Source: Macrostomum hystrix (taxonomy: Eukaryota > Animalia > Platyhelminthes). Taken from it: 64,000 nucleotides of DNA. Positions within the stretch are counted from its first letter, which is position 1, and each line of letters begins with the position of its first letter. Both the position numbers and the translations under genes were made by a program. The stretch lies in assembly GCA_950097015.1 (NCBI GenBank), contig CATNEN010000039.1:2418001-2482000 (forward strand), in the 5' to 3' direction. The notes beneath the pieces were generated by a model, which saw only the letters and a program-made list of their open reading frames with translations, was not told where the DNA came from and ran no database searches. Positions 38,878 to 50,585 of the stretch are shown one piece after another.

Positions 38878-40640
38878 ATTTACCTGGAAGCACTCTTTAA
38901 TCTTATTGCACGGGCTGGAATATCAAATAGGATAATAATAATAATAATAATAATATCAAATACAATTGATCGTAAAGAACATTGCCACCTTGCTTCTGGA
39001 CACTAGTTGGGGTCATGTAAACTAAAATAGCATTTTAATAGCTTAATATGTCAATGAAAAAACATATAGTTCATTTTATTTAATGCTCTCAGTGATATTA
39101 CTAGTACAATTGATAAGCTTGGATAAAAAGATTTAAAACAAAGGGGCAGATTATTATTTTTCAATATTAATGTTTATCTTACATCTATCAAACAATATTA
39201 TTAATATATATATGATATATACCATGACTAATAACAAATAAAAACTAATAATTTGTGCATAAATATCTTACATAAATGTCTTTAAAACTGTACATGATGG
39301 AAATTTAAAGTTAGTTGGTATGTACTTGTATAATATTAAGAGAACTGTAGGTTAAAAAGTGGAGTGGCACCCCCTCAGTTTTGGAAGACAGTCATTTTTA
39401 TGGGTATGGGTACATGGAAATGATTATTGACTGAAGATAGCAGAGAAAAGCACAGCAGATCAATTTCAATGGTGATTGTCAAGTGTCAACCGAAAGTTAA
39501 AGTAGGCCCTAGTATGTTAAAGAATTATTGTCATCTGATATATTACTGCTATCTTTAAGACATATTTATATATTCACTAATATTTACATATTCAATATTT
39601 AAGACATATAAGCACAATGAAATAAACACAAAAGTATGAAGTTACTTATTAATGATGATATAGGCCTATGTAATGAAATGGTCATTAAGATGGAGTCATA
39701 AGAGAAAAAACTATTAATGCTCAAGAAGAAAGAAACTAAAATTAACTACCTATTTGATAACAACTATTCTACTCCTAAATGCTGTAAAACTGCCGAACAT
39801 ACATTGAAAATTGATAATGTCACCATAACAGAAACAAACTCTTTACATAAAATTTGACTCGTTCAATTTCCCACGTTTCCCATATGCTTCAAAGAAATAA
39901 ATGCAGCATTTAAACTTTTTATGACATAATTATTTATAATATAAGTTTTCAGTTAAAGACTAAATGTCAAAATAGCTTATGCGCTAAATTAATTTGAAGC
40001 ATAACATCTATTCTTTTGTTGAGAACGTATAGCTATGTTTTAATGTGAACAAAAATGTGGTATTTTTAATGTTGACAAATTTCCGAGAATCTGACCCTGT
40101 TGTTCATAAGCCACTGTAATCGCATACATTTACTACCGAAACGCAGAAAACATCCTAAGTATGTTAGTAAGAGGCATCCATGTGGGGAAAATTTATGTTT
40201 AATAAGAAAGAAAAATATAACTCTGCATATTTCGTTTTAAAGTACTACTTATATATCTATATTTGCGCTGACATCAGGTGCATGTGCCATTTGGTTTGAT
40301 ATTCTCCATCTATATTTTAATTTCAACTACAATAGATAATTTAATAATAGCTATAAAAAAGCTGCTAAAACAATATGAGTGTACTTAGAGGCATTAGGTA
40401 GTGCGAGCACTTTAATGCATCCACTAAAGTCACAATTACATTTTATGTTACTATTTTACTTGGCTTATTGTTTCTAGTTTTATCTCATATGTGCCTTAGC
40501 TTAGCTATTCATACAAACGAGTCGGAAACATTTAAGCATTAAAGCATTTAATTCAGTTGAATCATATTTTTTCAAGAGTTTTTGCGAATTTGTCTTTCGA
40601 ATAGAGAATTTCGAATAAAGAACATGTCTTTATGTTCCAA

Positions 40641-40810
40641 CAGTGGTGTAGCGAGGGGGTATTGGTGTATTGGCCGATACCCCCAAAATTTGATGTCTCA
40701 ATTTTTTCGCATTCAGTTTCTTCGAAAGAAATGAATTAATTGTTTTTTATTCTGGATATGCTGGATAGAACCAAGACCAATATCACCAAAAAAATCCTGG
40801 CTATGCCCTG
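40641..40810. mobile_element. 170-bp hAT-type MITE with an 8-bp target-site duplication
   Basis: Imperfect TIRs CAGTGGTGTAGCGAGG / CCTGGCTATGCCCTG; flanks TGTTCCAA (40633-40640) and TGTTCTAA (40811-40818). Confidence 0.7.
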
Positions 40811-41219
40811 TGTTCTAACACTGAAAAGCACCACAGTTGTGTAACTGAACATTATAAATAAGCATAACTATAGTTTGATAGTTGTTGGATTTTAGTTTGC
40901 AAAAAATTACAGCAACATTCTATTTTTGTTACATTATACTAGAAATTTGCATAGACATTAAGGTTTATACATTGAAATGTTATTAGCTAATAGAAAAAAA
41001 CCAACCAAAAAACTAATTAATAAACTTAAATCATATTTATCATTAGCATGCATTAGCCTACTTCATGTCTGCTGTTTTCAACTCAAGTCATATTCTGAGC
41101 TAGTTAGTTTTGCAATTTGAAACACAGAAATGATTTGCTTTGCACAGTAGCAATTGCAAATGCTGTTATAATGGCATATAGAATGCAGTGACAGCACCAG
41201 ATTGAATACAGTGACAGCA

Positions 41220-43078
41220 TTTACATTATTACATTACAACAATGCAAGGTGCAAGATGGTCAATGGGGCACTCTTGCGCGCACGCGGTCACAGAAAAGGG
41301 GGGGCAGGGCAGATCGCAGCAGTCCTCGGGGTCAGACCGATCGCTTCTAGGTCGGCCACCAATGTAGTGCCTAAAGTCTGGGTCCAACCCTGGCCACGAC
41401 ATAGTCGCTCGGTTGGCTGGTTGAGGGTGACCAAAGCCAGGGGGTTGTCCTCGCCACGGGCTGTCCTCCGCAAGCAGTGCCCCAGCAGTGTCTGACGCTG
41501 CCGGCACAGGGTGACGCTCATGGGTGGCACGCCAGCTCGTGCTGTCAGCTGGGCCGTCGAGATGGTCTCGGGGTAGTGCACACCTAAAGCCTGGCGCAGC
41601 AGGTTTCGGTGCATCCCATCTAGGGCCCGCTCTCGGTTGGGGGTCATCGGGATGGCCTCCATTCGTAGAAAAGGATCGGCTCTAAGGCGGCGTGAAACAG
41701 TCGAATCTTCAGATCGTCTCGCGCTCCGGTGGTGAAGACTGGCCTGAGTTGGTGAACGGCGCGCCAGGGCTGGGTCTTCCTGTCCGCGATAATCACATCT
41801 GGGCTCATCACCGGGACACCCAAGTAGCGGAAGTCGCTGCACGCCGCGATGACCTCACCGTTGTGCAGGGTCAGGGGCGGTGGGTTCTCAAACCCCAGGT
41901 GCAGTACCTCCGTCTTGCTGCCGTTGACGCTTAGGCCGACTCGGGCGCCTTCAGCGCAGATGCTGAAGACAGCGCGCAGGGCCGCAGCTGGGTCTCGGCA
42001 GATGAGCGCGATGTCGTCTGCGTAGGCGAGCGCGGGGAGCAGCACATCAGGATGGCGCCGGTCACGACGGGGTGCCAGGACAAAGCTGTCGGTGTCCTTG
42101 AGGCACCTCCGCAGGATGTAATCGACCACCAGGATGAAAAGGAGCGGCGACAGCGTATCCCCTTGGAGCACGCCGGAGCTGGTGTTGAACTCGTCCGTGG
42201 GACCGTCGCTCGAATCCACGTAAGCCTTGGAGTTGGTGTAGAGGTCCATCGCTGCTTTCACCAGTATGTCGGGGACGCCGTAATGAGATAAAAAGCCACA
42301 CAATTGTTGCTCGGCAGACAGAGTTGAAGGCTTTGCGAAAGTCAATGAAGACGATGGACGCGTTTCGCAGGCGCGTCTTGCAGGCCTCGAAAATGCACCG
42401 AATGGACGCGATCTGCTCCGTGGTGGATCTTCCTGGTCTGAAGCCGCTTGGAAGTTCTAGCAGCATGGGGTTCAGGACAGGGAGGAGCCGGTTGCGCAGC
42501 ACAGTGTTCAACAGCTTCGGCAAGGTGCACTCCAGTGCGATGCCGCGCTGGTTGTCCAGGCTGGTGGAGGTGCCCTTCTTCGGGATCGAAACAATCCTAG
42601 ACATGCGCCAGAGCGAAGCGGCGGCGGCAGATTCGTCGCCTCCGAGGCAGCAGTGCAGGTTAAGGATGTCTGATGCTCTCAGTCAGCTCTGGCATCTTTA
42701 GCACCATAGGAGGCACCCCGTCAGCTCAAGAGGCGGCGTCGGCGCGCGTGCTCTTCAGCATCTTGCTGACTTCCGAGGCAGTGATGGGGCCCGTGCAGAA
42801 ATCACCAGGCTGGGCAGGAGTGAAGCCGGGGGGGCGGGAGCAGGGGGGAAGTTGGAGCGGGGGGCGTTTAAAACTCGCCGGTAGTGGTCGACCAGCTTGG
42901 CTTTTCTCTGCTCCACTGAATGAGCGCCAACAATGGTACTCAGCCGAGGTTTCCTTCCGGTAAGGCGGTTTATGGCTCGCCAGGCAGCAGAGTGCCGGCA
43001 GTTGTCTGTGGCGAGCTGGATCTCCTGAACCGCCGTCTCGACGAACAGCTCGGTGCGTAGGGCGTAGGTAGTCTGCAG
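41220..43078 (-). mobile_element. 5'-truncated, frameshifted RTE-like non-LTR retrotransposon (reverse transcriptase)
   Basis: IPKKG..NQRGIAL, GFRPGRST.EQI, FIDFRKAF, GVLQGDTLSPLLF, LAYADDIAL, FRYLG split across frames; short (TAA/TGTAA) tail; flanked by GTGACAGCA direct repeats. Confidence 0.9.
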
Positions 43079-43695
43079 GTGACAGCAGCAGTTGAAATGC
43101 AGTGGCTGCAGCAGATGAATGCAGTGACAGCAGCAGTTGGAATGCAGTGGCTGCAGCAGATTGAATGCAGTGGCTGCAGCAGTTGGAATGCAGTGACAGC
43201 AGCAGATGAATGCAGTGACAGCAGCAGTTGGAATGCAGTGGCTGCAGCAGATTGAATGCAGTGGCTGCAGCAGTTGAAATGCAGTGGCTGCAGCAGATGA
43301 ATGCAGTGACAGCAGCAGTTGGAATGCAGTGGCTGCAGCAGATTGAATGCAGTGGCTGCAGCAGTTGGAATGCAGTGACAGCAGCTGTTGGAATGCAGTG
43401 ACAGCAGCAGATGAATGCAGTGACAGCAGCAGTTGGAATGCAGTGACAGCAGCAGTTGGAATGCAGTGACAGCAGCAGTTGGAATGCAGTGACAGCAGCA
43501 GATGAATGCAGTGACAGCAGCAGTTGGAATGCAGTGGCTGCAGCAGATTGAATGCAGTGGCTGCAGCAGTTGGAATGCAGTGACAGCAGCAGTTAGAATG
43601 CAGTGGCTGCAGCAGATTGAATGCAGTGGCTGCAGCAGATTGAATGAAGTGACTGAAGCAGATAGAATGCAGTGACAGCAGCAGATAGAATACAG
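43079..43695. repeat. 22/23-bp minisatellite (GAATGCAGTGACAGCAGCAGTTG)n
   Basis: Tandem units; about 2 more units lie at 41181-41219 on the other side of the LINE. Confidence 0.93.
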
Positions 43696-44544
43696 TTACT
43701 GTTGAGCCAATTTTTTATTAGCAATCAGTTTAAAAAAGTAGTTTTACACTTCCTGTACAGCTAACCAGGTTTGACTGTTCAGTTGACTGACATGTTTATT
43801 TGACTGACAGTAAACATATAACCTAAATTTCAGTTGAGTTTAGCATCAGATTTTCAATGTATTGTCGGCTTTAGTCTCAGTGTACTGTTTAGCCAGCATA
43901 GTTTTAACTGTACAAAAGAAAGGGCACGAGGACAATAGGCACCTGGCCCAGGTGTTCATCTTCTGTTAATTAATTGGTTTCAGTGATAAGTTCCAATGGC
44001 GGCGGGTAGTTGCTCGCATTTGTCTTACTTGTCTGGGCTGCCATATCAGAGCGGCTTATGGGCTGTTTTAGCTCTAAATGATAGTTTTGGCTCTGCCTTA
44101 CAGCACTAACTGGCAAGCGAGTTGTCCTTCACTCTCCTGTCTGTCTGCCTGTGTCTTTCTGAGCTCAAAAATCGGGGGCCGTTAAAGGTATGACCTCCCC
44201 AATGTGTGGGTGGGCAGCTGCGGCCTCGAGTGCATCGTTGCTCGCAGAAATTTCTGCAGTGGAGGGTGGTGCAAAAATATAGCTGAGGCGCTGTGCAAAC
44301 AATTAGACGAACTTAGAGAATAGCTAGACAATTCTAAGAAGGCTGACCAACTATCGTATCATATATTTAAGTGAGTTGCGCCTTAGAGCAAAGCTAAAAA
44401 TTGCCTAAAGATTGCTGACAACTGATACCAGCTTTGCGCTAGGCGTATTTACTAATTTATCGTCTGGTATTTGCTCATACTCTTGATTTAGTAAGTCTGT
44501 TTTAAAAAAAATTAATTTAGTCTTGTTCCTTCACTGAATTTCCG

Positions 44545-44915
44545 CTCCCTGAGCCCCCAGTTCTTCAAGTGACAGCCTCTCCCTGAGCCCCCAGTTCATC
44601 AGGTGACAGCTGCTCCCTGAGCCCCCAGTTCTTCAAGTGACAGCCTCTCCCTGAGCCCCCAGTTCATCAGGTGACAGCTGCTCCCTGAGCCCCCAGTTCT
44701 TCAAGTGACAGCCTCTCCCTGAGCCCCCAGTTCATCAGGTGACAGCCCCTCCCTGAGCCCCCAGTTCATCAGGTGACAGCTGCTCCCTGAGCCCCCAGTT
44801 CATCAGGTGACAGCTGCTCCCTGAGTCCCCAGTTCTTCAGGTGACAGCCCCTCCATGAGCCCCCAGTTCATCAGGTGGCAGCTGCTCCATGAGCCCCAAG
44901 TTCTTCAGGAGACAG
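44545..44915. repeat. 34-bp minisatellite (CCCTGAGCCCCCAGTTCATCAGGTGACAGCTGCT)n
   Basis: About 11 units just upstream of the CEP164 acceptor at 44980. Confidence 0.93.
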
Positions 44916-45057
44916 CCGCTCTCTCAGACTCAGTCGCTCACTTTTTTATCACAAACACCGAACGTCACCCGTTGTTTCAGGCGGCAGTGGCTGCAGGCAG
45001 CGGTTAAGCTCAGCTGCAGCTCGGCCAGGAGTCGCCCCGCAACCGCAGCTTGTCGTC

Positions 45058-47898
45058 ATGGCTGGCAATGGCGGCGCGGCGAAGCTGCAGAAGCCGCCGA
45101 TCTACAAAGACTTCGACGATGAAGATGATGATGACGAAAGCGAGGAAGAAGAAGAAGAGGAGGATGAGAACACGCAGCTGGTGCTGGAGGAGGTGGTGGA
45201 GGACTACCAGCCGACGGAGGAGGAGCTGCTGGACTACGCGCGCACCATCGGGATCGACCCGGACAGAGAGCTCGAGCTGATGCGGCTGGCCAGGGAGGGT
45301 CTGGTGGCCCCGCTGCCGCCCGACTGGCGACCTGTGCAGGTGCGACAAACATTTTTCCTACATCTAAATCTCCAACAGTTTTATCCCAAACGAAAATCTT
45401 ATAACGGACAGGAAATCAACAAAATATTTGCAGGACCTCTCCACATCCGAGGAGGCCATCTATTATTTCAACTTCGCCACGGGCGAGTCCAGGTGGGAGC
45501 ATCCGTGCGACGAGCGCTACAGAGCTCTGGTCCGGGCTGAGCGGGCTAGACTCCGCAGTGGCTCAAGCGGTCCCCTGGCCGACTCGGTCGAAGTTGCCGC
45601 AGTCGGCTACGATGACGACGGAGTCGACTTGGACGACAATCAAGACGGCTCCGCAACGGGCAGGCAGCCATTGAGCAGTCGACTCAACCTGATGCGGCCG
45701 CACGAGTTCACCGCTAGGGAGTACGTTGAGACCGACTCAGAGGCGGACGGCGAAGGCGGTCGGTCGGACTCCGTTGGCGGCAAAGACGTCGCTCTGTCTT
45801 CGTCATCATCGTCGTCGTCGTCAGAGTCCGATTCGATCGACAACGCGTCGGGCCGAAGACCGCAGGCACAGGCGTCGGCGTCTGGTGGTGCAGCGGCCGC
45901 TGATGATTTCTTCCGACTGGACAAGGAGGCGTCAGCGCGCATCGAAATGTTTCAACAGCAGCACGACTTTGACAGTCCGGCCAACAGCCTGCGGCTCAGC
46001 AACAACACCCTGGCTGGTGGCCGCGGCTCCACCGAGCTGGACGTCAGCGGCAGCGGCGTGTCGCCCAGGAAACCGCCAGCGCCGCCTCCTCCGTCAGCGT
46101 CGGCTCTTCCAGGGCCGAAGACACCGCGCACGACTCCGCGAACGGCGCAGCGGCCGGGCCTCGGACTGGTGGACGAACGGCCCGAGGCGGAGGCGGCGGC
46201 TGAGGCTGCGGCGGCTGGCGAGAAGCGAATGCGCGAGCTGCGCGAACGCTTCGACGCCGAGGCGGAGGCTGCCGAGCAGCGGCACGCGCTACGACTTGAA
46301 TGCCTGCGTCAGGAGCTCGAGGACGAGTCGGCGCGACGCCGCGAAGAGGCAGAACGACGCTGCGAAGCAGAGGCGGCCGCTGTCGAGGCTGAGGCGGAGC
46401 GGTGCAAAGCTGCCGCAGTAGCGTCCGCTGCGGAGGCCGAAGCTGCCACGAAGGCGGCGGAGAAGAGAAAACTGGCGGCGGAGGCTTCCGCTGTCGAAGC
46501 TGAGCGACGCAAATTGGCCGCGGAAGCGGAGCTCGTGGACACTGAGAGGCGGCGAGACCAAGCCCGCACCGCCCTGGCTGAGTTGGAGCAAAGAAAGACG
46601 ACGCTTGAGGCGGAGCTGCGCGCCCTGGCAGCTCAGCGCAGCGCCGCCCGGGCCGAGTTGAACCAGCTGGCAGCCGAGCGGACGGAGCTGCTCAAGGCAA
46701 AGTCGGCAGCTGAAGCTGAAGCAGAGGTGGCCAGAACTGCAGCCGCGGTGGCCAGTGCGACCCGCCTGGAGGAAGCGGCTGCAGCGGCTGCTGCTGCTGC
46801 GGTAATTGACGACGGCGAGTCTGATTCGCTGTCGCGAGCCAGAGAATTTCTCCGACGCCAGACTGCGCACACGTCGGCGACTTCGACTACAGCGGCTGGC
46901 GGTGGCAACGGCCTGCAGCGCCGGCTTATGCCCAAGCAGCCGTCTCCATCGCCGCCAGCACCAGAGCAGCGGCGTCGGCAGCGACGACGTCTTGAGGCGA
47001 ATAAAAGCCGCGGTGTCGACGGCGTCGCTGCCGGTGCTTCGGATCCGCTGGGCTTCGCAGGTGCGGGCAGCAATGGCCACCTGGCAGGCGCTGATTGGCT
47101 TGCAGCAGCGAAGTCGCGCAGCCTGCCGGTGCTGGCCGTCGACGAGTCGGCCGATTCCAGCGAAGTCGACAGCGATGAGAATGCAGTTGGAGTTGGCAGT
47201 TTGAGCGATCTAAGCGACGTCAGCTCCGGCGCCGAACTCAAGTAAGTGATCTTTTTTGAGTCGGATACAATTAGCTTTGCATGTACAGTTACATGTGATT
47301 GTAATTTGACTTAATTCCCCTTATCAGTAGTCACAGGCCGCAGCACAGACTTGGCAGAGGGTCCCGTCGTCAGCTTCAGAATCATCGCCCAGACGGTCAT
47401 CATCCAGAAGCTCGTCAGCATCATCGACGTCAGCGTCATCACCGCCGTCCTCAGTTGGACTTGGCCGCTGGACATGCGGCATCCACTGCGGCACTCAGCT
47501 CGCCTGCCGACATCCTGCACTCCTTGAACCGCCTCAACAGCGACGTCGAGCGGATCATGGGCCTGGTGTCCATGCAGCAAGCCCAGCCGCCGATGCCGCA
47601 GCCGCTGCTGCCAACATCGTTCGACTGGCGCCTGTCCCGGAGGCCGACAGACCCCCGCCTGCTGCCCGTGTCGACTCCGCCAACTCCAGCGTCGCCTTCG
47701 TCTCTAAATACACCGCGGACGCCGCCGCCGCCGTCACCGCTGTCAAGCCAGCCGTCGGCGCTGTTCCCCGCCGGCGCCTCAGCCGGCTTGTCAACGGAGG
47801 ACAAGCTGGCAAGGCACCGGGCCTGGCTGAGCCGGTATAGCCGCAGCAATGGCCATCCCGGCGTCAGGCTGCTGAGCTCGCCGTCGACCAAGTCCTGA
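45058..47898 (+). CDS. CEP164: Centriole distal-appendage protein CEP164 homolog (N-terminal WW domain plus coiled coil)
   Basis: Exons 45058-45339, 45434-47241, 47328/47331-47898. [64 protein letters not shown] is the CEP164 signature. Confidence 0.92.
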
Positions 47899-48642
47899 CG
47901 CTGTCAGCTGGAGATGACAGGTGCTCGACTGGCAGCAACAGTGCTTGGTCCTGTCTTTTATTATTCTGTTGCCGTCCAATTCTAGATTGTCTTTCAAAGC
48001 AGGTGCGGCAGATTCAGCAGCAGCAGCAGCAATGGCGGCACATTCTTCGCACACAGTTCTATTCGCGCACCTGTGGCAGAATCTTTTCTGCCAAACAGTT
48101 TTATTCATTCTGAATCTGTTATCAGGAAATTTCTCTTGTACATTTCTGTGATTCGCCATTTTCTGCCTGACTGCTCTTTAGTCTGCGTTTTTTGCTCAAT
48201 TTAATTGGCACTCTATTTTTGCGGGTTATTGTGAGGATTCCTTTCGAAGGGAACCTGATTCACACAGAACAGATACTAACTAGATTTGGGAAGTTTCCTT
48301 GGCCGATTCCGAATAAACAAGTGATCAGGAATCCGATTCAATTGTTTCTTAAGCAGTTTCCTCTAATTAGAAAAATATAAAGGTAGAAGATCCTTCAACA
48401 ATTGATGCATGCACTCATGTGGCCTTCTCTTACCGTTTCTAGCTAAATAAAATTTGCTGGCCAATTGCTTACTGTAGCAATATAGATATGTTGTAGCATT
48501 GCTGTGCATATTACTGATTCTCATCGTCAAATAAATTACCTCACCTAATCAACATGCCGGATCATTTGACTTGCGAATTCGCCTATTTTATCTTCAAGCC
48601 TTTGTAAATGTTATTATTCGCTTCGGTTGTTTAATTTTATAA

Positions 48643-49170
48643 GCTGCTGTGTCTGGTAGCTAATTCAGGTAGACTGCTGAGTCTGGTAGCTAATTCAGGT
48701 AGACTGCTGAGTCTGATAGCTAATTCAGGTAGACTGCTGAGTCTGGTAGCTAATTCAGGTAGACTGCTGAGTCTGGTAGCTAATTCAGGTAGACTGCTGA
48801 GTCTGGTAGCTAATTCAGGTAGACTGCTGAGTCTGGTAGCTAATTCAGGTAGACTGCTGAGTCTGGTAGCTAATTCAGGTAGGCTGTTGTGTCTGGTAGC
48901 TAATTCAGGTAGACTGCTGAGTCTCATAGCTAATTCAGGTAGACTGCTGAGTCTCATAGCTAATTCAGGTAGACTGCTGAGTCTGGTAGCTAATTCAGGT
49001 AGACTGCTGAGTCTGGTAGCTAATTCAGGTAGACTGCTGAGTCTGGTAGCTAATTCAGGTAGACTGCTGAGTCTGGTAGCTAATTCAGGTAGACTGCTGA
49101 GTCTGATAGCTAATTCAGGTAGACTGCTGAGTCTGGTAGCTAATTCAGGTAGACTGCTGAGTCTGGTAGA
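48643..49170. repeat. 30-bp minisatellite (GCTGAGTCTGGTAGCTAATTCAGGTAGACT)n
   Basis: About 17 near-perfect units. Confidence 0.96.
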
Positions 49171-49621
49171 CCACTCAATCGAGGGCGTCAAGTGCCATAT
49201 ATATGTATAAATATATTCTAGACTGTTGTGTCCATTAGTTAGGCTGTAAAATAGACTCAGACTTGAAGAATGTGTCTGGCAGACCGCTCCGCACCTGCCG
49301 CGGCTAGACAATTTAGGAGATAGCTTAGCTAGGGTTACAGTGCTCTGGCTCTACCAGAGTACAGATCTGCCGAAGGCGATAAGAGCTGGAATGCGCTTAA
49401 CACTGGTCTACTGAATGTGTGCACTCGAGCTGCAGCTTTAGCACAAATTATAAAAATAGTCCACAGCTACAACTCAGAATATAACAGCAGTGTCAGCTCA
49501 AAGGCACAGTTTAGTAGGAAATTTGAATAAAAATTTATATATTTTAAAAAAAGTGCATAAAAATATGCTCGATTTCTTTTATCACAATTCTGCATTTCAA
49601 TTACTTAATCGAAACAGATTT

Positions 49622-49811
49622 ACAGACAGACAGGCAGACAGACAGACAGACAGACAGACAGATACACAGACAGACAGACAGACAGAGAGACAGATAGACA
49701 GACAGACAGATAGACAGGCAGACAGACAGACAGACAGACAGATACACAGACAGACAGACAGACAGAGAGACAGACAGACAGAGAGACAGACAGACAGATA
49801 GACAGATAGAC

Positions 49812-49842
<31 letters not shown>

Positions 49843-49887
49843 TAGACAGATAGACAGATAGACAGAGAGACAGACAGACAGATAGAC

Positions 49888-49918
<31 letters not shown>

Positions 49919-50487
49919 TAGACAGATAGACAGATAGACAGAGAGACAGACAGATAGACAGAGAGACAGATAGACAGAGAGACAGACAGACAGAGAGACA
50001 GACAGACAGATAGACAGACAGACAGAGAGACAGACAGACAGATAGACAGATAGACGGAGAGACAGACAGACAGAGAGACAGACAGACAGATAGACAGATA
50101 GACAGAGAGACAGACAGACAGAGAGACAGACAGACAGATAGACAGATAGACAGAGAGACAGACAGATAGATAGACAGATAGACAGATAGACAGAGAGACA
50201 GACAGATAGACAGAGAGACAGACAGACAGATAGACAGATAGACAGATAGACAGAGAGACAGACAGATAGACAGAGAGACAGACAGATAGACAGAGAGACA
50301 GACAGATAGACAGAGAGACAGACAGACAGATAGACAGATAGACAGATAGACAGAGAGACAGACAGATAGACAGAGAGACAGACAGACAGACAGACAGAGA
50401 GACAGACAGACAGATAGACAGATAGACAGATAGACAGAGAGACAGAGAGACAGACAGACAGATAGACAGATAGACAGAGAGACAGAC

Positions 50488-50538
<51 letters not shown>

Positions 50539-50583
50539 TAGACAGGCAGTCAAACAGACAGACAGACAGAGAGACAGACAGGC
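49622..50583. repeat. (GACA/GATA/GAGA)n tetranucleotide microsatellite directly after the FBXW4 stop
   Basis: About 960 bp. Confidence 0.97.
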
Positions 50584-50585
50584 AG

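Noticed and set aside
45640-47241. Long antisense ORFs over CEP164 (likewise over the GPCR and CEP192)
   Set aside because: They are shadow frames of GC-rich coding sequence with no recognisable motifs.
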